Origin: the human T2T-CHM13v2.0 reference genome, Homo sapiens
Assembly: GCF_009914755.1 (NCBI RefSeq)
Contig: NC_060934.1
Strand: one strand, 5' to 3'
DNA length: 64,000 nucleotides
Both the position numbers and the translations under genes were made by a program. Below the pieces are notes generated by a model, which saw only the letters and a program-made list of their open reading frames with translations, had not been told where the DNA came from and did not search any database. Of the stretch, positions 53,010 to 64,000 are shown piece after piece (the first letter of the stretch is position 1; each line of letters starts with the position of its first letter).

Positions 53010-55110
53010 CCTTCATTCATGTTTATGTATACACTCATTAAACATTTAATTATTTCTTGTGCACTAGACATAGTTCTGAGCGCTAGGTGTTGTGAAATGA
53101 AGCCCGTCTTCTCCTAGAGTTTACATTCAAGTGGTGCTGGTGGTGGGGAAAAACAACAAATTGATATAGTAAAATAACAATAATGGCTACTATGTAAAGA
53201 ATATAAGAATAACTGGTTACTTTGGAATAGGTGATCAAGAAAGCCTTCTCTGAAAAGGTCGCTTCTAAGCTGAGTACTAAATAAAAACCAGAAATAAGAG
53301 TATTCCTGGCAGAGAACACCTCATGCAAAGTCCAGAGGTGGGAACAGGGGAGCAGTCCAACAAGCTCAAGTGAAGACCAGGCCAGTGTGGCTATGCTACT
53401 GTGGGCCGGGGAAGGCGAGAGTAGGGAGTGAGGAGTGATATGAGATAGATGCATCAAGCTAGGTGCATTAGATAGGCTTTGTCAGAAGGCTAAGGAGTTT
53501 GGATTTTCTTCTTAGATTTTCTTCTAAAGGGTAGCCATTGGGGCATTTTAAGCAAACAAGTGACACATAGAATTTCTATCTTTGAAAGCATGTTATAGAA
53601 TAAATATTCATGAATCATAGTGATATAAGTAAAATGTTTGAATAAATAAATAAATGAGGAAGGAAGTACAAATCTTTCTTACAGATAAACTCCTAGGCAA
53701 ACATCATATGTTCTCACTTCTTTGTAGAATCTAAAAATCAAAACAATTGAACCCATAGAGACAGAGAGTAGAAGGATGGTTACCAGAGGCTGGGAAGGGT
53801 AGTAGGGGCCAGGGGTGAGGGGAGTGGGGAGTGGAGTAAGGATAGTTAATGAGTGCAAAAAAAAAAAAAAGTTAGAATTCCTAGGCCAGGTGTGGTGGCT
53901 CATGCCTGTAATCTCTGCACCTTGGGAGGCCTAAGCAGGAGAATGGCCTGAGGCCAGAAGTTTGAGACCAGATTAAATAACAAAGGAAGACTATCTCTAC
54001 AAAAAATTTTAAAAATTATCTGGGCATGGTGGCAAGTGCCTGCAGTCCTAGCTACTCAAGAGGCCCCTGAGAAGGGAGCATCACTTGAGCCCAAGGAGTT
54101 CAAGATTGCAGTGAGAAATGATTGCAAGACTGCATTCTAGCCTGGGAGACAGAGCAATATCCTGTCTCAAAAAAAAGAGAGAGAGAGAGAGGGAAATTCC
54201 AAGCAGTAAATATAGATCTTCCCTCCTTGAGGAAGTGGAGCTTAATTCCTTGCCCTTTGAGTGTGGGCAGGTTTTAGTGACTCACTTGCAATGAACAAGA
54301 ATATGGAAAGAGAAAAAGCAGTAACTTTATAATGGAGAAACCTGGGAGACACCACTAGTACCAAGTAATGAAGGTTAATGTTACCCAACATGATCTGATA
54401 AGAGGGATATTTTACTTCTGTGATAATCATCTCCCAAATTCATAATCATGAGAAAACAAAAGACAAACACAAATTGAGGGACATTATACAAAATACCTAA
54501 TTAATGTTCCTCAGAACTGTTAAGTCAATGAAAATCAAAGAAAGATTGTGTAACTGTCATAGATTGGAGAACACTAAGGAGATACAACAGTTAAATGCAA
54601 CACAAAATCCTGGATTAAATCCTCAAACAGAAAAAGGATATTAGTGGAAAAACAGTGAAATCTAAATAATGTTTGTAATTAGGTTAATATAGATGTACCC
54701 ATTTTTCAGCTTTGATAAACATACCTGGGTTGTGTATGATGGTAACATTGGGAAAGCTGGGGGACAGGAATACAGGAACTCTCTATAATATCTTTCAGAA
54801 CTTTTCTGTAAATCTAAAATTATCCCCAGAAAAGTTTAAAAAGAAAACAAATAAAAGAGAGGATTCTAGCTTCTCTGTGATGATTAAACTGAGTTTGAGG
54901 TTCAAGAGTGAAAGCAGAGAGCCCAGTAGGAGCTAGGTCTACTGGAGTGGTCCAGATGAGAGATGATAACTGTGCCCAGAAGGCTCTTAGATGATGGGGG
55001 AGATGCTGGGAAGGGTACATATTTGAATTGTTCTGGAAGTAGCCAAGAAAAGATTTGGGGATTGGCTGAATGGAATTGGTATCACAGGGAAAATAGGAGA
55101 GAGGGGCGGG
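53010..55110 (-). mobile_element. L2 relic interrupted by L1MA (~53690-53878), AluJ (53884-54176) and L1MC/MD (~54195-54845) fragments
   Basis: L2 motifs (ttcattcat...; gaagaccaggccagtgtggct; gtggtccagatgagagatga) flank L1 3' UTR motifs (gagagtagaaggatggttaccagaggctgggaagg; ttttctgtaaatctaaaattat). Confidence 0.75.
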
Positions 55111-55938
55111 AAAAGAGAAACTGTAATGAGTTATTTTTCGAAAATACAGATATAGTCATGTCAATTCTCATTTCAGAAATCTTCACTACCTTCCCCCTTA
55201 AAGTGTAATAGAGACCACACTCTTCATTCTGACCTACAGGACCTTCCATAATTCATTCCCTGATTATAGCTTCTCGTATCTTACCATCTTACCTCCTACA
55301 CACGTTGCTCCACATGCAGACATTCATACCTAAAAGTTCCAATTCTGAGTCATTTCAGATCCTGGAAGGGTTATTTTCACCTCTTAAAACACCAGAACAT
55401 GCTCACTATCTTACTATCTTGCTAGTTAATAACAATAATAGAAGAAAAAAACTTTTCTGGGCTTTTACAGCCTGTCATGTCCTGTGCGAAGAGTTTTACC
55501 GTCATCACCACAGTAACTCTCAACAATATTCCTATGACGAGAGTGCTTTGCTTTTCCTTTGTCTGCACTTTGGGAAGCTGATGCTTATGGGTGGGATGGC
55601 TTTATAATTTATTGTCCAAACAGAAAAGGAGCACTGTGCATACTTACCTTGGAACAACATGTGCAACTGGGAAAGCCAGGACACATGGTCTTACTAGTTG
55701 GTGTAAAATTTGCCAAAGTCCACAAAATTAGCAAGTGACACAGCAGAGCTTTAAATTATAATATTTTAGAACACACACTCTTAATAGTTATAATGATACT
55801 CTCTTGGTAGTGGGTTATGAGTTTGGTTAATGACTAGACCTCTCTGAGTGGTATGTTCCTCGTGGATACAAATGGTGTTGCTGAGATATTGATTACTAAA
55901 GCACTTAACTAATAAGATGATGGTTAGTAAAACAACAT

Positions 55939-56260
55939 GGCTGGGGGTGTTGGCTCACACCTGTAATCCAAGCAGAATTTTTTGGGAGGCAGAGGTGGGA
56001 GGATCTCTTGAGGCCAGGAGTTTGAAGCCAGTTTGGGCAACATGGGAAGACCCTGTCTCTACAAAAATAGACAAAAAACCAATTAGCTGGGCATGGTGAT
56101 GTGTGCCTGTAGTCCCGGCTAACTACAAGGCTGAGGTGAGATGATCTCCTGAGCTAGGGAGGTTGAGGCTGCAGTGAGCCCATGATTATGCCACTGCACT
56201 CCAGCCTCTGGGTGACAGAGCAAGACCTATTAAAAAAAAAAAAAAAAAAAAGAAAAAAAA
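55939..56260 (+). mobile_element. AluJ, TSD AGTAAAACA
   Basis: Full dimer with ttgaggccaggagtttga. Confidence 0.92.
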
Positions 56261-56968
56261 AGTAAAACACTTAACATTGGCAAACATTCAATAAATGAGT
56301 ACCTAGCACATTATTTTGCTGTTAGTTGGTGCTGGCTTTTTTATAGGTTTTATTAAATGCACTCATGTACTTCAAGGCAAAGAATTTGATTGACTGGCCA
56401 AAGGGGTGACCAGGAACTACGTGGAACCCAGAAGTAGATTTTGGAGAATGTTCCTCAGTAACAGAAACCTTGCCTTCTTGCAGTTGCTTCAGAGCCAGAG
56501 CCAGAACTAGAGAAATCTTTGGTAGAAAAGTGCGGTGGAAATCCACGTTATTCACCACAGTAAACCGAACAGCTATCCTTGGATCTATTACTCCAAGGGA
56601 AGCACAAGGTATAAGGAGGCTCTCTTTAGTGCACGAGGCTCACACTCTCTGATACCACTTGCTGCTAATATAATTAATAAGCATATATTTTCTAAATATT
56701 TTAATCTGCTGTGTAGCCCAGGCAGTATAGAGGATATTATTATCATAACCAGTGGTATTTTCTTATATTTTCATGTTCCTGTGTGAAATGGCAACTCTAA
56801 ATATCAACCATGGATGTTTTGCTGAATTTTCAGTCTATAACCATGTACGCTAACATGATGCATTTTCTCCAGGGACTGCCTAATAATTCCATTTAGCTAT
56901 AAACATGCATTTTTGCCTTGCCTTCTTCAGGGAAGGATTCATACTTTAACATTAAATTATTCATTACA

Positions 56969-57260
56969 GGCAGGGTGCGGTGGCTTACGCCTGTAATCCC
57001 AGCACTTTGGGAGGCTGAGGCAGGTGGCTCAAGAGGTCAGGAGTTCAAGACCAGCCTGGCCAAGATGGTGAAACCTTGTCTCTACTGAAAACACAAAAAT
57101 TAGCTGGGCATGGTGGTAGGCACCTGTAATCCCAGCTACTCGGGAGGCTGAGGCAGAGAATTGCTTGAACCTGGGAGGCGGAGGTTGCAGTGAGCCGAGA
57201 TCGTGCCACTGCACTCCAGCCTGGGCAACAGAGCAAGACTCTATCTCAAAAAAAAAAAAA
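56969..57260 (+). mobile_element. AluS
   Basis: Full dimer with A tail. Confidence 0.94.
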
Positions 57261-58196
57261 CAACAACATAGTTTTCAATTATGGCTGTTTGCCATCACAA
57301 TTTTCTTCTGAAAATCTTTCATGTGATTTGTATTGTTATAATTTAAACTGTGGACAATTTACCTTCTATTTGCATGACAACATACCTGGTGCCTTACTTA
57401 GTATGGAGAACATAAAACACCATTCCTGTCCACAAGGAACTTCCTGAATGATTATATTTATTTATCATATATATATTTATTTGTTTTATATTATGTTGAT
57501 ACTTATTAAGTATCTACTGTTTTATAAGTGTCTTTACATGGAAAATTTATTCATCTTTTGCAATAACCTTATGATCTAAACAGAGCTGTGCCTATTTTAT
57601 GTATTACACCAACATTCAGAGAGGCAAAATATTTCACCTCTATGGCAAAGAAAGCATTTAAACCTAGTTTATCTCTGGCTCTAAGGCATCTATTCTTACT
57701 GGAAAACCATAGTTTGTTTTCATGGAACAAGTAGAGCAGTAAGAAAGCATACAAATACATATATTTATATTTAGAATTCTATCTACATTTTTCAATGTTG
57801 ATAGTCAAGGATTATAAAAGCATTTATAGATACAAGAGAGAGTTATCTCACTGCTAAAGGACTGATTAAATGTTAAATCTCAGTCTCGCAGAAAAGTTCA
57901 TAATCCATGTAAAATAAACAGGTAGAATTCTTCTGCCTACTTGATCTCTCTCCAAGTGGAAGGATTTACCCAAATGAACGTGTTCTCTGTGGCTCATCCA
58001 GCCCTTTGTTTAGAAGTTTTCTTTCATGAAAGTATGATAACATCAGGTTTTGGCTCTTTTATCTTCTTTTGTTATTGAGAAAATTATGTTAACCTGTTTA
58101 AACTGAATTTGATGTTTTTGTCATAAGTGGTCACCATACCACTTTCTGTCTGAAAGGTAGATATGTCAAGGTATTATAATAATCCTGATTAATTGA

Positions 58197-58651
58197 GTTT
58201 ATTGCAGCACTGTTCACAATAAGAAAGACTTGGAATCAACCCAAATGCCCATGAATGATAGACTGGATAAAGAAAATGTGGCACATATACACCATGGAAT
58301 ACTATGCAGCCATAAAAAGGACGAGTTCATGTCTTTTGCAGGGACATGGATGAAGCTGGAAACCATCATTCTCAGCAAACTAATACACGAATAGAAAACC
58401 AAACACCACATGTTCTCACTCATAAGTGGGAATTGAACAACAAGAGCACATGAACACAGGGAAGAGAACATCACACAACAGGGCCTGTCAGTGGGTAGGA
58501 GGCTAGGGGAGGGATAGCATTAGGAGAAATGCCTAATATAGATGAAAGGTTGATGGGTGCAGCAAACCACCATGGCATGTGTATATCTATGTAACCTGCA
58601 TGTTCTGCACATGTATCCCAGAACTTAAAGCATGACAAAAAAAAAGAAAAA
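58197..58651 (+). mobile_element. L1PA (about PA7/8) 3' end
   Basis: gtttattgcagcactgttcacaata...gggacatggatgaagctggaaaccatcattctcagcaaac...atgtatcccagaacttaaag plus A tail. Confidence 0.93.
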
Positions 58652-58969
58652 GTTATCTGATGGTGCCAGTCAATCCCAAGACAAAATCCCAAACACCAAC
58701 ATTCTGAATGCTGCAACCTTGAAAGATCAAAATATTTAACATAAAAAATCCTGAAAATCACACTCCAGAAGATTAAAACCTCAAATGTTGAAATCCTAAA
58801 AGATGAATTTTGGAGAAGAAATTAATGTATTTTCTGTTGTTTGCAGAATAGTTGCATCATATTAGTTGGATCATGTTAGGTGAAACTATTATCTTGTTAT
58901 TGTCTTTATTTGGAAACTAAGTATGGTTTAAGGAGTTTCGTATGGGTTTCAACTGATAAGGGGTGGACT

Positions 58970-59105
58970 TGTGGACTTAATTTTAGGTGCCAACTTAACT
59001 GGATAAAAGAATACCTGTAAACCCAGTAAAGCATTATTACGGGTGTGTCGATGTGGAGATTAGTGTGTGTGTCTGAGTGGACTAGGTGGGGAAGATCTGC
59101 CCTCA
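58970..59105 (+). mobile_element. MLT2 (ERVL) LTR 5' fragment inside Ricksha
   Basis: ttaattttaggtgccaacttaactggataaaagaatacct...gtaaagcattatt..gggtgtgtc...ggagattagtgtgtg...ggaagatctgccctc. Confidence 0.75.
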
Positions 59106-59584
59106 TATTTCCAGTATTTCAAAGATCATAGAGGGGGTAAAAAAGCAGGTGAAAAATACAAGAAATCTCCCCTGCCAAATTATTCAGTTGTGTACACTAT
59201 CAGTCTCTTTACACACAGGACCATGCTTGCTTTCCAAAAACACCTTTTGTCATAGGATAAAAATAATTCAACAGGCTCAGTGACCTTCTGCACTAAATAT
59301 ATTTGCTGATATGGAAGTTTCTCCCGTGATTATAATGTACATAGATGGTGAACTATTCTTGGTTAGGGATTTGACTTTGGAAGAAGATAGATTTCCTATA
59401 TTTACCACTAAATTTATCATAGACAAACTAGTGCATGCTTCATTTTGGCCAATGGATGGCACTTTCAAAACCGTCCCTACTGTTTTTCTTATCAACTCTG
59501 CCTAATTCATGCCCTTATTGGATCTGAAAATTCTAGAACTTATTTACTTCTTTTAAATTTTTGAATAATGATGATTATTATTCT

Positions 59585-60028
59585 TTAAATTGAGATGGGG
59601 TCTCACTATATTGCTCAAGTTAGTCTTGAAATTCCTGGACTTAAGTGATCCTCTTGCTGTGGCCTCCAAAAGTGTTGGGATTATAGGCAAGAGCCACCGT
59701 GCCTGGCTTCATTCATGGGTTTTTGTTTCTCGAGACAAAGTCTCATTCTGTTGCCCAGGCTGGAGTGCGGTGGCACTATCACAACTCACCGCAGCCTCAA
59801 CTTCCTGGGCTCTCAATCCGTCCTCCTGCCTCAGCCTGAGTAGCTGGAACTACAGGTGAGTGCTACCATGCCTGGCTAATTTTTGTACTTTTTTTTTTTT
59901 TTTTTTTTTGTAAAAATAGGGTTTTGCTATATTGCCCAGGCTGGTCTTGAACTCCTGGACTGAAGTAATCCTCCTGCCTTGGCCTCCCAAACTGTTGGGA
60001 TTGCAGGCGTGAGCCACTGCACCTGGCC
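59585..60028 (-). mobile_element. FLAM (59585-59707) plus AluJ (59720-60028) inside Ricksha
   Basis: Two adjacent antisense Alu-family bodies splitting the transposase frame. Confidence 0.9.
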
Positions 60029-60406
60029 TCATTTATGTTTTAATGACTGGAAAAAATCAAGCACTTTATAAACATTTATTTGAAGATTTGGTGGACTTGC
60101 AGAAGAAAATGAATTACAATTGAATCCCCAAACCATAATGACAGATTTGGAATTAGGTACAATCAAGGCTTCTAAAAGTGAATTTCAAGGTGTTACCAAT
60201 AGTTTGTTTTCTCCATTCAGCCCAATGCATATGGCAAAAAATTCAGATGTGTGGATTGCCACATGATATGGCAACAACGAAAACTTCAGTTTAAAAATGT
60301 TTCAGGTGTCTGCACTGGCCATTTCCTTCCAGCTGATGGAATTTTAGGAGATTTGAATGAATTAAAGCTGCATTTGTCTGAAGAAGCCAGTGAAGTTACT
60401 GACTAG

Positions 60407-60957
<551 letters not shown>

Positions 60958-61778
60958 AAAGAATTTCAAAAAGAGCAGCACCACTAGAACATGAATGTAA
61001 ACATATTCTCCTAGGTGAGCAATGCCCTAAAAGAAAATAAACAAACAGCTATTCATCACAATGCAAAACTTCAAAATATAGTTGATCATGAAAGTTGACT
61101 AGCTCTTATACACTACCTCTGTGTAATTTCCCATAATGTAATACTGTTTGTCAAATTTTCTTTTTTGGTGTTTTGAGGTCTTTTTTTAAAGTTTGTTTTT
61201 CCCCTCACTATTTTAAATCATCAGCATTATCCTTTTACACATCACTATGCTATGTATTTTAGTTTTGCATCCTTTCTAATACTGGAGGCATACATTTTGT
61301 AAAGACTTTTAGAGAGTTCTAATTCATTTTATGCATTTTTGGCAAATTTGACTTTGCAAAAGAGTGTTATCACAATGTTGACTTTGTGTAAGCATTGTGC
61401 ATGTATGTAAAACCATTGAAACTTCCTCAATAAATGAAGAGATGTCCTCTTGTGCATCTGCATTTGTGAAAGATAAAATTTCTTAAACTCTCAGCTATTT
61501 GGGTGGCTGCATATGCAGTAGTGACCATCATGGTTTTTGATAAATTTTGTCAGATGACTCAGGTTGTCTGTCACGATATTTCAGATGATCACAGTTATAA
61601 AGCCGGGTGCACACAATTGCCACTGTGATATGTGTGTATACATTGCACTTTTTACCAATTTCCTTATGAATATAGTCTGTTCATAGTTGTTGTACCCATG
61701 TAACCATGGTTAACGTAACTGGGTATATATACTTGCAAATATATTTGTTATTAATGCCTATTGAATGAATGCCTATGA

Positions 61779-62097
<319 letters not shown>

Positions 62098-62177
62098 TAG
62101 TCTGACATATTTTTATGGACTTCTCAAATAAATTCCTCTTTAAAAATGTAAACGAATGTCTTTTAAAGAATTTTTTA

Positions 62178-62305
62178 AGCTAGGCATGATGACACACACC
62201 TGTGGTCCCAGCTATTTGGGGGGCTGAGACGGGAGGATACCTGGAGTCCAGGAGTTTCAGACCAGCCTGGGCAACACAGTAAGACCCCATTGCAAAAAAA
62301 AAAAA
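62178..62305 (+). mobile_element. FLAM/Alu monomer
   Basis: gctaggcatgatgacacacacctgtggtcccagct...ccagcctgggcaacacagtaagacccc plus A tail. Confidence 0.85.
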
Positions 62306-62481
62306 TATATATATATATATTTTTTTTACTTTTCTCAGAGTTATATTTTTGGAATTTTGATGTCTTGGGACTTCAGCATTCAGGATTATGGTGCTCAGGA
62401 TTGTGTCTATTGGAATTACGGTTCAAACCATCTTCTGATAAGTAGAAAGGGGTCAATGTGTCACTCTTAGCAGACTGCTAT

Positions 62482-62610
62482 CGAGTGAAACCAAGATTCT
62501 ATTGAAATTAATGTTTTGCTTTTGCCAGCTGCATAGAAATTTCTCCGAGTTAAACCTGGGATTCCGTTGACATTAATGTTTTGCTTTGGCCATTAGCACA
62601 GAAATTTCTA
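62482..62610. repeat. Diverged ~64-bp tandem duplication
   Basis: CGAGT(G/T)AAACC..GATTC..TTGA(A/C)ATTAATGTTTTGCTTT..GCA(T/C)AGAAATTTCT starting at 62482 and 62546. Confidence 0.85.
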
Positions 62611-63569
62611 CTATTTAAATGAAGCCCTAATATTCCCAGATGAACAGAGAGGCAGTACCTTAAGTCTGTACCCTATATCTTAACTCATATCTCCGGAGAG
62701 TAGTTCAATAGGCTGGTAGCTGACTATAAGATTTATGTAGTCTAGCAGAGGAATTGGATGAGGGGTAAATGACTGTTTAAACCTATATTATTGCCTTTTG
62801 AAATTAAGAGTTCCAAGGGAGTTATTATATTTTAATATATTGAAGTCTAAAAGAGTATTCATTAATATGTATGCATTGATACAGTGGCCCAATTTGAAAC
62901 TTAATTCAAATGAAGACCGTGTGCCCCAAGAGATAAATACTTCTGTCCAAATTGCTGTAACAAAAATGAAAAGCAGAAATGAGAGTTGTCTTCCCTGCAA
63001 TTTGGAAGTCTTGCTTTAATGAATAGTTGACTTTTTTCCTATTTCAAAAATAGTACCTCCTTCAGAGTTTAAAATTTAAACCACACAGAAGAAAAAAAAG
63101 GTCATGCGCACAGAAGATTTTCTATATATAATATAGCACACTTCACCTGGGAAACTTGATGTATAAGCTATAGATTGCTATTCATAGATCATTCAGAAAT
63201 ATATTAAATTTGAGATTTTTTTTTACCCCCAGACAAGAGAAAGTGCAAAGTAATTGATTCTGTTTCTGTTTGCAACTGTACTAAGATATTGCCTATAATG
63301 CCCCCAAATTACTTTAAAAATAAACTTCAAAAAGAAATGAATTAGGAAATGTTATAAATCTATGGAAAATGCTTCACATTTTGTCTTGAATAAACAGAAG
63401 TTTCTTTGAAATTAGCATCTTTAAAAATGTGCTCTTTACAACAAACAATAGCAAAATTCCATTTTTTCTTTGTTTTTTTTTTTTTTTTTTTTTTTTTTTA
63501 ATCAGAAGCAAAACCACAAAATCCTCACTCTCAAGGAATGCACAGGCTATTGCAGAAGCCAGGAAGAAA

Positions 63570-63695
63570 TCTATATTATTACAGAGTACTTATCTCAGAG
63601 GGTTGTTATAAATATTAAATGAGAGTTATTTTATGGAATACATCTGAACTAGTGCCTGGCACATAAAAAGTGTTATATAAGTATCAGCTATTGTA
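63570..63695 (+). mobile_element. MIR 3' part
   Basis: gtacttatctcagagggttgtt...attaaatgaga...tagtgcctggcacata...tcagctatt. Confidence 0.75.
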
Positions 63696-64000
63696 ATTAC
63701 AGAGTGACAAATAAAAGGTCGGAGTGCTATGGTTATGGAATAGAATGATGAGAAAGGAAACTTCCAGGAGCTTAGGTGTACTTTAAGTGCAGGTATCAAA
63801 TATTGATGCTTCATTATGGCAAGGGGGCTAACAAGTTGCCAGTGTGTCACAAGTCAACATGCAGGCAAAGATGGAAACATTTTCCAGATCTAAAATGTAG
63901 TTAAATATGTTGTACTTTGGAATCGTATATGAACTTTATTCCCCTTTCAGAATTACAAATCTCTTAGAAAGCCATTTTATTTCTTTCTGAAACTAAGTTA

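Overview
Human (primate) genomic DNA, AT-rich and repeat-dense. The only protein-coding gene is the intronless retrogene CSTF2T (tau-CstF-64, 616 aa, minus strand, ATG 34568, stop 32718), with a CpG-rich promoter at about 34200-35350. From recalled genome organisation it lies antisense inside a very large PRKG1 intron on 10q21.1; I see no PRKG1 exon in the window. The rest is interspersed repeats: about 25 Alu/FLAM copies (one AluYa5), L1 fragments of many ages (one L1HS pre-Ta), L2/MIR, MaLR and ERV1 solo LTRs, hAT MITEs, and a ~3.8 kb Ricksha (MuDR/Mutator) fossil. Four things stand out. (1) The 3' UTR of this polyadenylation-factor mRNA has a proximal AAUAAA followed directly by a hairpin covering the predicted cleavage site and U-tract, then a ~432-bp tandem duplication present only in long isoforms, then distal poly(A) signals; this is a candidate autoregulatory APA switch. 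(2) The promoter motifs suggest divergent transcription in the PRKG1 sense direction. (3) Two young L1 3' ends sit in opposite orientation in one LTR. (4) The MULE transposase fossil still shows its D-D-CxxH-E motifs. Repeat boundaries and subfamily names were called by eye and are approximate. Nearly all short ORFs in the track are repeat-derived noise.
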